Source: an uncultured Acidimicrobiales bacterium (lineage in GTDB: Bacteria > Actinomycetota > Acidimicrobiia > Acidimicrobiales > CAWCAL01). From it: a stretch of DNA of 64,000 bases. The notes under the pieces are model-generated. The model was not told the origin of the DNA and did not search any database. It saw only the letters and a program-made list of their open reading frames with translations. Position numbers and translations under genes: made by a program. The stretch lies in the NCBI GenBank assembly GCA_963697385.1, contig CAVONU010000006.1, forward strand, positions 13,424-77,423. The letters run 5' to 3'. Positions 10,202 through 19,027 of the stretch are shown here, in pieces (position 1 is the stretch's first letter; every line of letters starts with the position of its first letter).

Positions 10202-10471
10202 GTGCGCCTCTGGATGCTCGCCGCCGTCATCGTCGGGAAGATGGTGGCGATGGCGGCCGCGCACGCCGTCGGCGCCATGCTGGCCGCGGTGCCGGGCGCG
10301 ACCATCAAGGCCCGGATCGGCCTGACCTTCATCGCGGTGTTGTCCATCGGCCTCGGCCCCCTCACCGCAGCCCCGGTTGCGATCGCGGTGGTCACCTCCC
10401 ACCTGCTGACCGCCGCTGTGGTGGCGCTGCTGCGTTCCCACCGGGCCGAACTCCCAGCGGCGCATGCCTGA
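10202..10471 (+). CDS. small hydrophobic membrane protein, possibly a DUF6069-like fragment
   Basis: 89 aa with three hydrophobic stretches; LS..GPL.A...HL pattern; no clear RBS. Confidence 0.35.
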   Translation: MRLWMLAAVIVGKMVAMAAAHAVGAMLAAVPGATIKARIGLTFIAVLSIGLGPLTAAPVAIAVVTSHLLTAAVVALLRSHRAELPAAHA

Positions 10472-10508
10472 GTGCCGGGTGGTCGACATCGTTCTACGCT
10501 GACGGACC

Positions 10509-12659
10509 ATGTCGATCGCCATCACAGATGACCACCAGACCCTTGCCGAGACCGCTCGCGACTTCCTGGGGAGGCGCGACGCACGCGGCGATGCCCGAGC
10601 GCTGCTCGAAGCCGCCGGCGAGGAACTGCCGTCGTGGTGGGACGAACTGGCCGCGCTCGGCTGGCTCGGCCTCCACGTGCCCGAAGGCCATGGCGGCTCG
10701 GGCTACGGGCTGGAGGAGCTGGTGGTCGTGGTGGAGCAACTCGGTCGCGCCGTGGCCCCGGGGCCCTTCGTGCCGACGGTGATCGCGAGCGCGGTGCTGG
10801 CCGAGGCGGGAGGGCCGACCGCTGCCGAGCACCTCCCAGGTCTGGTCGACGGCTCGGTCATCGGAGCGGTCGCTTGGGGCGGAGACGTCACGATCGATGG
10901 AGAAACCGCGTCGGGCCCCGTGGGCAACGTGCTGGGAGGCGGCCTCGCCCAAGTGCTGCTCGTCGCCGCGGGCGAGGACGTCGCGGTCGTGCAGGTAGGA
11001 GACGGCACCACCGTCGAAGTGCCCCCGAACATGGACCCCACCCGCCGGACCGCCCGCGTGTCTCTCGACGGCGCACCCGCCATGGTGCTCACGGGCGCCC
11101 GCCGGTGGCTGGTCGACGTCTCGCGGGCGATCCTCGCGGCCGAGGCCGTCGGGCTCGCACAGGAGTGCACCCAGATGGCCGCGGACTATGCAAAGGAGCG
11201 GGTGCAGTTCGGTCGACCGATCGCGATGTTCCAGGCCGTGAAGCACCACTGCGCCAACATGGCCGTGGCGACCGAGCTGGCGACCGGCGCCGTCTGGGAC
11301 GCCGCCCGGGCATCGGCCACCGGTGGTGACCAGTTCACCTACGCGGCCGCGGTGGCGGCCACCCTCGCCCCGCCCGCGGCCGACCTGTGCGCCAACCTCA
11401 GCACCCAGGTGCACGGCGGCATCGCGATCACCTTCGAACACGATGCCCACCTCTTCATGCGCCGCGCGACCGTGCTGCTCGGCGCGGTGGAGCCCGACCG
11501 TGCCGCGGCCGATCTCACCGACCTCACCCGCCGGGGTGTGACCCGTGCTCGCAGTGTCGAGCTCCCACCCGAGGCCGAGGCGATCCGCGACCAGGTCCGG
11601 ACTATCGCCGAATCCATCGGGGACCGCTCGCCCGAGGAGCAGCGCACCCAGCTCATCGAGTCGGGCTACGTCATGCCTCATTGGCCCAAGCCATGGGGCC
11701 GCGAGGCCACAGCCGGCGAGCAGATCGTGATCGAGCAGGAGTTCGGCGCAGCCGGCATCGATCGCCCCTCCTACAGCATCACCGGGTGGGTGATCCTGAC
11801 GCTGGTCCAGCACGCGACCGACGATCAGGTGGCGCGGTGGGTGCGCCCGGCGCTGAACCAGGAGGTGATCTGGTGCCAGCTGTTCTCCGAACCCGAGGCC
11901 GGCTCGGACGCCGCCGGGGTGAAGACCCGCGCCATCCGAGTCGAGGGAGGGTGGCTGCTCAACGGGCAGAAGGTGTGGACCAGTGGCGCTCACGTGGCCG
12001 GCCTTGGCCTCGCAACCGTGCGCACCAACCCGGAGGTGCCGAAGCACCAGGGCATCACCACCATGGTGATCGACATGCACGCCGAGGGCGTCGAGGTGCG
12101 TCCGATCAAGATGACCACCGGCGACTCGGAGTTCAACGAAGTGTTCTTCACCGATGTCTTCGTGCCCGACGATGACGTCGTCGGGCCGGTCGACGGCGGC
12201 TGGACGGTGGCTCGCGCCACCCTCGGCAACGAGAGCGTCAGCATCGGGGGCGGCGATGGTGGCATGTCCTTCCCGCCCTCGGCGCTCGTGACGTCCTTCG
12301 ACGCGCACCCCGAGCGCCTCGCCGGCGGCGCCAGCCGGATCGGTCGTTACGCCGCCACCCACCAGGCGATGGGGCTCCTCAACCTCCGAAGCGCCAACCG
12401 GGCCGTCGCCGGCGGGGGCCCCGGGCCCGAGGGTGCCATCACCAAGCTGGTGCTCTCGGAACTGGGACACGAATCGGCTGCGGTGCTCACCGACCTGGGA
12501 GGCCCGGACAGCGCGTTCATGGAAGGGCCGGCGGCGATGACCAACTACCTCGTGCTCCTGCACCGGGCCATGTCGATCGCCGGCGGAACCTCGGAGATCA
12601 AGCGCAACCAGATCGGTGAGCGCATCCTCGGCCTCCCGCGGGATCCACTGATCACATAG
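10509..12659 (+). CDS. fused two-domain acyl-CoA dehydrogenase (FadE6/FadE22/FadE34-like)
   Basis: 716 aa with two ACAD modules: RVQFGRPIAMFQAVKH, then QLFSEPEAGSD, FNEVFF and IAGGTSEIKRNQIGERILGLPR. Confidence 0.92.
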   Translation: MSIAITDDHQTLAETARDFLGRRDARGDARALLEAAGEELPSWWDELAALGWLGLHVPEGHGGSGYGLEELVVVVEQLGRAVAPGPFVPTVIASAVLAEAGGPTAAEHLPGLVDGSVIGAVAWGGDVTIDGETASGPVGNVLGGGLAQVLLVAAGEDVAVVQVGDGTTVEVPPNMDPTRRTARVSLDGAPAMVLTGARRWLVDVSRAILAAEAVGLAQECTQMAADYAKERVQFGRPIAMFQAVKHHCANMAVATELATGAVWDAARASATGGDQFTYAAAVAATLAPPAADLCANLSTQVHGGIAITFEHDAHLFMRRATVLLGAVEPDRAAADLTDLTRRGVTRARSVELPPEAEAIRDQVRTIAESIGDRSPEEQRTQLIESGYVMPHWPKPWGREATAGEQIVIEQEFGAAGIDRPSYSITGWVILTLVQHATDDQVARWVRPALNQEVIWCQLFSEPEAGSDAAGVKTRAIRVEGGWLLNGQKVWTSGAHVAGLGLATVRTNPEVPKHQGITTMVIDMHAEGVEVRPIKMTTGDSEFNEVFFTDVFVPDDDVVGPVDGGWTVARATLGNESVSIGGGDGGMSFPPSALVTSFDAHPERLAGGASRIGRYAATHQAMGLLNLRSANRAVAGGGPGPEGAITKLVLSELGHESAAVLTDLGGPDSAFMEGPAAMTNYLVLLHRAMSIAGGTSEIKRNQIGERILGLPRDPLIT

Positions 12660-12962
12660 GGCGGCTCCCAGCGCACGGCACGGCCAGGAGGGCCCCGCTG
12701 CCTGCGGGATGAACCGCTCGGTTCTGTTGCCACTCGTCCGAGAAGCCCTCATCGATGAGCCGGGCCGGTCATCGTCGGCGGTGTCACCGTCTCCGCCGAA
12801 GCCGGAGTCGAGGCATGGGAGATCGGCGTGTTCGCCGTGTTCCTGGGGTTCATCCCGACCGGTCCCGGACTCCTGCTCGGACTGCTCCGTCTCACGATCC
12901 GGCGGGCCTTGTCACCAATCGCGAGCTCTAGGCTTCGCTGCAGCGTCGCACCGGAGGGTCTG

Positions 12963-13820
12963 ATGGTCTCAGGATTTCAGCTCGCTCGAGCCCAGGCCGA
13001 GGCCTATGAGGCTCACTCCGGGGTCTTCATGGGCCCGTCCGCTGAGCTGATGGTCGACCATGCCAGCCCCGGCGCGGGCGACGTCGTGCTCGACCTGGCC
13101 TGTGGGACCGGTCTGATCGCCCGGGCCGCGAGGTCGCTGGTGAGGCCCAGCGGGCGGGTCGTTGCCGTCGACGTGAATCCGGCCATGCTCACCGCCGCCC
13201 GCTCGCTGGCCGGTCCTGGGATCGAGTGGTTCGAGGCACCAGCCGAAGCCATGCCGTTCGAGGACGCCACCTTCACCCATGTCCTGTGCCAACAGGGATT
13301 CCAGTTCTTCGCCGACCCGGCGGCCAGCGTCCGAGAAGCTCACCGCGTGCTCCGCCCCGATGGGACCCTACTGGCAACGGTGTGGGCAACCCCGGGCCTC
13401 AATCCATACATCGAGACGCAACTCGAGCTGCTCGCGGAACTGGACCCGGCAGCGGCTCCGTCTGCACGGGCCGCCACGCCTCCCCACGCAGACGAGATGC
13501 TGGCATCGATGGCTTCGGACGCCGGATTCGACAAGGTCACCGTGTCGCCACTCGAGCACCAAGTGCTGCTGCCCGATCTGCGAACATTCTTCCTCGCGCA
13601 GACTTCCACCACCCCGTGGGCACCCACCGTTTCAGCGCTGCCGGCGCCCGAGCAGCAACACCTGGCCACCGTATTCGCCATGCGGCTCGCCCCCTGCGCG
13701 AACCCGGACGGAAGCCACCTGGTCCCGTTCCGCTCCCACCAACTCGTCGCCCGCCGAGTAGACGACGCAGGTCACAGCGCCGCCGTCGCTCCCCGGCAGG
13801 TGCCCGAAACTCGGCCATGA
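12963..13820 (+). CDS. class I SAM-dependent methyltransferase
   Basis: VLDLACGTG motif I, VDVN, MPFED, RVLRPDG. ATG at 12963 after GGAGG. Confidence 0.85.
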   Translation: MVSGFQLARAQAEAYEAHSGVFMGPSAELMVDHASPGAGDVVLDLACGTGLIARAARSLVRPSGRVVAVDVNPAMLTAARSLAGPGIEWFEAPAEAMPFEDATFTHVLCQQGFQFFADPAASVREAHRVLRPDGTLLATVWATPGLNPYIETQLELLAELDPAAAPSARAATPPHADEMLASMASDAGFDKVTVSPLEHQVLLPDLRTFFLAQTSTTPWAPTVSALPAPEQQHLATVFAMRLAPCANPDGSHLVPFRSHQLVARRVDDAGHSAAVAPRQVPETRP

Positions 13821-13844
13821 ACCCGTGACCGGGTCCCCCCCGCC

Positions 13845-14468
13845 TCAAGCTTCGGGTACGAGGTTCGCGAACGCATCGGCTCGGTCGCGCTCGATCCGGT
13901 CGGCATCGCGACCCCGGCCGCCCTTGGCGACATAGTCCGCGGTGAACTCGGCTCGGACCTCGCCCGTCTCGTCGAGCAACCACTCGGGAGCCATGCGACG
14001 GGGGACGGTGACGACACCCGGCTCGTCGTACGTACCGAACACTCGGTCCCACACCGGCGTCGTCACGCCGAAGTTCCGCATGGGAGCACCGAAGTGGTGG
14101 TGGAGATGGCTCCGACGGGCCCACCGACCGTATCGACCGCGGGGCGGATGGGTGTGGGTCCGCCGGTGAGCCACTTCATACCCGAAGTAGGTCATGATCA
14201 TCCCCGCGGTGAACGCCATGGCCCAACGCCGCCCGGCCACGGCCTGCGCCACGGGGTACGCGACCGCCGTCGTACCCGCGGCCGAGGCCACCTTCTTCGA
14301 CGCTGGGGAGAAGTAGCTGACATCGGCATGATGCTTCAGATGCTCGACCGACGGCAGCCCTCGGCCCCGCATCTCGTGCATGGCGAAGCGGTGCAGGCCG
14401 TACTCGGCCGCCGTCCAGGAAATCGCACCCACGGCGACGGCGGTGACGGGAGACCTGAGCGTGGTCAT
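13845..14468 (-). CDS. fatty acid hydroxylase / sterol desaturase family protein
   Basis: Histidine boxes EYGLHRFAMH, HLKHH, YEVAHRRTH, HLHHH; NFGVTTPVWDRVFGT. Confidence 0.9.
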   Translation of the reverse strand: MTTLRSPVTAVAVGAISWTAAEYGLHRFAMHEMRGRGLPSVEHLKHHADVSYFSPASKKVASAAGTTAVAYPVAQAVAGRRWAMAFTAGMIMTYFGYEVAHRRTHTHPPRGRYGRWARRSHLHHHFGAPMRNFGVTTPVWDRVFGTYDEPGVVTVPRRMAPEWLLDETGEVRAEFTADYVAKGGRGRDADRIERDRADAFANLVPEA

Positions 14469-14634
14469 GCCCGGGAGTGTATGACACCGCTGTCAGCTCA
14501 ACTGACCGCGCTCGATGGTCGCCGCCGAGCGCAGCACGGCCCGGCGCGTCGCCAGGCACCGGCCCGCTCGAGGCCCGCACGGAGGTCGAGGTCGGCGGGG
14601 AGCACCTCCCGGCGACCGAGGACTTCGAAGAAGT

Positions 14635-15210
14635 TCAATCGATCGGGCGTGGGGTGAGTTCGAAGCCGGGATCGATACGGTTGCCCCCCTCGGGGAGCGA
14701 CGAGTCCGGCGAGAAGTCGATGCCGACGGAGACGACCGGCTCGCCGGTGGGCCACGAACCCCGGAACCGCAACCGCTCCATTCGGCCCGGAGCGACGGTG
14801 GCATCAGCGTCACAGTCCCGCTCGGGTGCGGCGCTGTCGCAGTCGAGCGCGAAGTCCGACACCGCGGGGAAGTACTCGATATCGCCTTCGTTGCGCCAGG
14901 GCCCGCCGACGGTCACCGCGATCGGACGGACCGGAGTGTCGCCGAGACGGTTGTCGACGATGACATCGATGACGTGGCCGCCACTGGCCTCTTCGGCGGC
15001 GGTGTCGGCAAAGACCACTGCGACGACGTCGGGCTCAGCGGAGCCGTTGGTCCAGACGTAGTCGGGGTACACGCGATCGCGCTCGACCGGCTCGGCGCGG
15101 GGATCGCCCTCGACGGCAGGGTCCATCCACGCGCAGCTCGCCACCAACACGGCCACCACCATCACCAGGCCCGCCATCCGGAGCGGCCGAAGCGTTCGTA
15201 TCGACATCAT
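14635..15210 (-). CDS. putative lipoprotein
   Basis: Basic N-terminus, hydrophobic stretch and lipobox LVASC; GGAGAG RBS before ATG 15210. Confidence 0.7.
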   Translation of the reverse strand: MMSIRTLRPLRMAGLVMVVAVLVASCAWMDPAVEGDPRAEPVERDRVYPDYVWTNGSAEPDVVAVVFADTAAEEASGGHVIDVIVDNRLGDTPVRPIAVTVGGPWRNEGDIEYFPAVSDFALDCDSAAPERDCDADATVAPGRMERLRFRGSWPTGEPVVSVGIDFSPDSSLPEGGNRIDPGFELTPRPID

Positions 15211-15362
15211 GTCCCTCTCCTCGATCCGAGCGTCCGGATTCTTGGATGCCGACATGAGGCGAAAGGTTCGCGACGTTCCGAGCCGGGCGATGCCCGTCGG
15301 CCGTCAGTCTGTGACCATCGAAGTGACCTCTCCGGTCCTCCTACCCCTGACTCACGAAGAGG

Positions 15363-15515
15363 TCAGCGGCGGCGGTCTCGCCGGTCGTCGCGACGGTTGC
15401 CCCGCCGCCGTACTCCGTGGGTCACCACTGCGGCGGTCCCCGCCACCGCGGCGGTGCGGGCAACCGGAGCCCCGATCACACCGCGTCGTGCTCGTCGAGC
15501 GGGTCGCATCGGCAT
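15363..15515 (-). CDS. 50-aa Arg-rich small protein with ARTAAVAGTA motif
   Basis: ATG 1 nt after the DUF6325 stop; shares VARTA.VAGTA..V...V.RR with the SHOCT protein at 16123. Confidence 0.7.
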   Translation of the reverse strand: MPMRPARRARRGVIGAPVARTAAVAGTAAVVTHGVRRRGNRRDDRRDRRR

Positions 15516-15516
15516 G

Positions 15517-15969
15517 TCATTCACTTCCCTTCGCTTCGTCGGCCTCGAACGAGGCAATCAGTGCCTGGGTCGGGATGCGGCCACTGGCGATCAGTTGCCC
15601 ACCCGACTCCCGAGCCGCCACCGCGAACGGTGCCGCCCACGTGTTCTCCCACACCAGGACTCCTGCCGTACTGCCCGGCTCCATCGCCGCGGCCAGGTGC
15701 TCGAGGTCCTCGAGGGCGAGAATCTCCGCCAGTCCCGCTTCAAGTGTTCCGAGCACACCCAGATCGCCGAGGTCCTCGATCTCGAGTGCATCGATGGTGC
15801 CGTCGTTGGCCTTCTCGAGGATCAGCAGGTCGAACACTCGGATGAGCTCGGCCTCGGCGAGCGAGGCCAACTCCCTCGCCATCGCACCGGTGAAGTTCTT
15901 CGTACCTTCGGGGAACTCGACGACGAGGTAGTCGATCGGTCCCAGTTCTTCGTCGGGGGTGTCGCTCAT
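15517..15969 (-). CDS. DUF6325-family protein (copy 1)
   Basis: GPIDYLVVEFP ... MEPGSTAGVLVWENTWA ... GGQLIASGRIP; GAGGAG RBS. Confidence 0.85.
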   Translation of the reverse strand: MSDTPDEELGPIDYLVVEFPEGTKNFTGAMARELASLAEAELIRVFDLLILEKANDGTIDALEIEDLGDLGVLGTLEAGLAEILALEDLEHLAAAMEPGSTAGVLVWENTWAAPFAVAARESGGQLIASGRIPTQALIASFEADEAKGSE

Positions 15970-16051
15970 GATTCGTCTCCTCGGTGACCGAACGGGAATC
16001 GCCCTTCGGGGGCCAGATCCGGAGGATCGCGTGGAATCGCAGTATCTGTCG

Positions 16052-16068
16052 TCCTCCACAATGGGTGA
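16052..16068. promoter_or_regulatory. imperfect 17-bp palindrome TCCTCC-N5-GGGTGA upstream of DUF6325
   Basis: TCCTCCACAATGGGTGA, about 83 bp upstream of ATG 15969; one mismatch to the consensus. Confidence 0.35.
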
Positions 16069-16122
16069 TCCGGCGTCCCTCGGGTCGGACCGGTGGATGC
16101 TCCCGACCTCGGGTCAGGGCTC

Positions 16123-16443
16123 TCAGAGGCCGAGGATCTTCGCCTTCTGCGCGGCGAACTCCTCCTCGGTGAGGATGCCCTGTTGCCTCAGGTCACCCAG
16201 CTTCTGCAGTTGATCGAGGGCGTGGCTCTCACCGTCCACGGGGGTGGGCGCGGGCGGCGGCGCCGGGGCGACGGCGGGTTGGCCATAGACCTCTTGTTGG
16301 TACGCCTGTTGCCGCTCGGCGTAGATGTGGGCGTCTCGGTCTGCGTACCGTTCGGCTTGGCGGCGCTGGACGCGTCCGCTCACGGCCGAAGCCGTGCCGG
16401 CTACGACGGCTGTGCGGGCGACTCCTCTGAGAAGTCCGGGCAT
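16123..16443 (-). CDS. SHOCT domain protein
   Basis: MPGLLRGVARTAVVAGTA N-terminus, Q/P-rich linker, C-terminal LQKLGDLRQQGILTEEEFAAQKAKIL. Confidence 0.9.
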   Translation of the reverse strand: MPGLLRGVARTAVVAGTASAVSGRVQRRQAERYADRDAHIYAERQQAYQQEVYGQPAVAPAPPPAPTPVDGESHALDQLQKLGDLRQQGILTEEEFAAQKAKILGL

Positions 16444-16468
16444 GGTTCGGTCCTTTCGTGGTGGTGGA

Positions 16469-16894
16469 TCAGCTGGCGGATTCGGCGGCGTCGAGCGCGT
16501 CGAGCAGCACCTGCGATGGGATGCGCTCACTGGCGATGAGGTGGCCGCCGGCGCCGGAAGCCGCGGCGACGAAGGGAATGGCCCAGGCGTTCTCATATGC
16601 GATCAGGAGTGCAGCGGTGCCGGGCTCCATCGCCGCGACCGATTGGCCGATGTCCTCGTCGTCGAACAACCCCGATTGAGCCCCGGCGAATGCTCCGAGC
16701 GCAGCATCGGTCGCAAGATCACGGCGTCCGCAGTCGCTCTCACTCGTCTTGTGGACGAGCGCGATGTCATACAGCCGAATCGTTCCGCCTTCGAGGAGAT
16801 CGGACAGTGCGGCTGCGGTCGGCTTGGTATCGGCCTCCGCAGGGAACTCGATCAGCACGAAATCGATCGGGCCAGGTATGACTGACTCGCTCAT
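16469..16894 (-). CDS. DUF6325-family protein (copy 2)
   Basis: GPIDFVLIEFP ... MEPGTAALLIAYENAWA ... GGHLIASERIP. Confidence 0.85.
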   Translation of the reverse strand: MSESVIPGPIDFVLIEFPAEADTKPTAAALSDLLEGGTIRLYDIALVHKTSESDCGRRDLATDAALGAFAGAQSGLFDDEDIGQSVAAMEPGTAALLIAYENAWAIPFVAAASGAGGHLIASERIPSQVLLDALDAAESAS

Positions 16895-16971
16895 GGGTGC
16901 TCCCTCTTGCGCTCCGGACGACAAGCGAATCTGCATCTTCGCGCAGGATCCACACCCATGCGGTCGACGAG

Positions 16972-17568
16972 TCACTGGCCGCTTCGCTCGCCGCCCGGTG
17001 GTGTTGCAGGAGGGGCCGTGGCGTGTAGCGCGCTCGGCAATTGCCGTTTCGATCCCCGGGTCTGCTGGATCGCGGTGGCGATGACTCGGATCCCGATGCC
17101 GATCACCACGAGGTTGACCGTCATCTGGATCGTCACCACCGCCCTGCCGTTCTCCGTCACCGGCGCGATGTCGCCCAAGCCGACCGTCGAGAACACCATC
17201 ACGGCGAAGTAGAGCGCGTCGGTACGAGTCAGCGGCTCGCTGAACGTCGACGGCGCTCCGTCCGACATCAGGTAGTAGGCGGCGGCAAAGCTCAGAATGA
17301 GCAGCGGGACGGTGAGCGCGAGGCCTTCGACGGCCCGCAGCCCGGGCAACGGCGAGCGAATGATGGCGCGCACCTGCACGACGATGAGCACGACGAGCAA
17401 CGCCAGCAGGCCGGCGAGGATCAGACCGACGGACGCGTCAACCGGTCGGTCGAACGGAGCGAGGAAGAACGCCAGCAGCAAGGCTGTGACCGAGACCAAC
17501 ACCCGCCCGACGGCCATCAGGCCGATGAGCCAGATCGGCCGGTTGCGGGCTTCGGCGTCCGTGCTCAT
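16972..17568 (-). CDS. two-TM-pore potassium channel family protein
   Basis: DALYFAVMVFSTVGLGDIAP pore helix and filter. ATG overlaps the ClC stop (ATGA). Confidence 0.88.
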   Translation of the reverse strand: MSTDAEARNRPIWLIGLMAVGRVLVSVTALLLAFFLAPFDRPVDASVGLILAGLLALLVVLIVVQVRAIIRSPLPGLRAVEGLALTVPLLILSFAAAYYLMSDGAPSTFSEPLTRTDALYFAVMVFSTVGLGDIAPVTENGRAVVTIQMTVNLVVIGIGIRVIATAIQQTRGSKRQLPSALHATAPPATPPGGERSGQ

Positions 17569-18992
17569 CCGGCGGCTCGATCGCCCCTGCGACCCGGTCC
17601 GTTCGACTCCGGGCCCGACGAGGCAGCCGGCGCGATCGCAACCGACTCGGCATCGGGCGGTGTCAGCCGGACGGAGGCGACGTAGGCCACCACGACCGCG
17701 ACGATGACGAGCGGCATGAGGGTGACGCCGTCCGCTTGGAGAAACAGCGTCGTCAACAGGACCGATGTCAGCGGGAGCCGCAGCATGGTGACGGCCATGC
17801 CGCCGATCCCCATCGCAACACCGGCGACGAGGGGCAGTCCCGGCAGGTGCGACAACGCCACGCCCATCGCCGCACCGATGAACATGGCCGGAAACGTGGG
17901 TCCTCCCCGGAAGGCGCTGAGCGAGAGCATGTAGGCGATTCCCTTGCACACGATCAGCAACACGAGCGCAGCGACGGTCCAGGAATCGGCATCCTGGATC
18001 AGCGGGGCCAACGCGTTCTCGCCCGAGTACAAGACCTGATCGACGCCCTTGTCCGTCGCCTGGGCGAACACGATGGCAGCGAGTCCGACGACCGCGCCCA
18101 GAGTCGGGGTGAGCACCATGCGCCGTTTCGCCACCGTCGGTTGGAGGACGAGGCTGCCTCGTTTGATGGCCGTTCCCAAGACCGCAGCCAGCAGACCAAT
18201 GGCGATGGCCCAGAGGAACTGGTACCCGTCGATCGACTCGAAGGCCGGAAGGTCCGGAATCGCGAGCGAGAAGGTCCCCCAGCCGGAGAGGTTGTCGAGA
18301 CCGATGAACACCAATGACCCGATCCCGGCCGCGAGCAGGCCCGGCACGAGCAACACACCCATCATCGGCCCGGCGATACCGACGATCTCCATCAGAAGGA
18401 ACGCACCGACGATCGGGGATCCGAGCAGCGTGCTGATGGCCGCGAAGCTGCCGGCGGCACCGATCACCACCGTCGCCTGCTCCGGCGCATCGCGCTTGAC
18501 CAGTCGGACCGCCAGGACGGCGAGTCCTCCACCAAGAGCGATGAGGGGGGCCTCGGGCCCCAGCACCGCACCGAACGTGAGCGTGACCAGTGCAGCGATC
18601 GCCACCCCGTACAGCTCGACCGGTGCGGGCGTGCCGGAGGCGGACAGTCCCCCGGACGGCTCGTGACCACCGTTTCCGGGCAGGAACTCGATCGCCGATG
18701 CGGTGAGCACGCCGGCGATCACCAGCACCGGCAACGGCCACCAGACCGGGACCGCCGAAAACCCCATGTCGGTGGGAAGGTCCGAGTACAGCCACTCCTG
18801 GCCGACATCGGTCAGCTTGAGAAAGCCATAGGCCATGGCTGCGACCGGCACACCGATCACGGCACCGAACAACAGCAGCCCGAGATACGGTCGGCTGCGG
18901 AGCATGTCCAGCGGGTCTGGCGGCGCGGAGCCTGAGGCTTGCACCTCACCAGTGAACCTCATCGAGTCGAGCCGGTTGGCGATACCGTCCAC
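17565..18992 (-). CDS. ClC-family chloride channel/transporter without CBS domains (start uncertain, 18944-18992)
   Basis: GNGGHEP, LGPEAP, GSFAAIS, RGGPTFP; about 11 hydrophobic segments. Confidence 0.88.
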   Translation of the reverse strand: MDGIANRLDSMRFTGEVQASGSAPPDPLDMLRSRPYLGLLLFGAVIGVPVAAMAYGFLKLTDVGQEWLYSDLPTDMGFSAVPVWWPLPVLVIAGVLTASAIEFLPGNGGHEPSGGLSASGTPAPVELYGVAIAALVTLTFGAVLGPEAPLIALGGGLAVLAVRLVKRDAPEQATVVIGAAGSFAAISTLLGSPIVGAFLLMEIVGIAGPMMGVLLVPGLLAAGIGSLVFIGLDNLSGWGTFSLAIPDLPAFESIDGYQFLWAIAIGLLAAVLGTAIKRGSLVLQPTVAKRRMVLTPTLGAVVGLAAIVFAQATDKGVDQVLYSGENALAPLIQDADSWTVAALVLLIVCKGIAYMLSLSAFRGGPTFPAMFIGAAMGVALSHLPGLPLVAGVAMGIGGMAVTMLRLPLTSVLLTTLFLQADGVTLMPLVIVAVVVAYVASVRLTPPDAESVAIAPAASSGPESNGPGRRGDRAAG

Positions 18993-19027
18993 GAGGATCT
19001 CTCACCCCACCGGTCACGTAGTGATCG

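Noticed and set aside
17565-18992. ClC as a fluoride exporter (CLC-F)
   Set aside because: Lacks the GNNLI, GREGT and GEVTP signatures.
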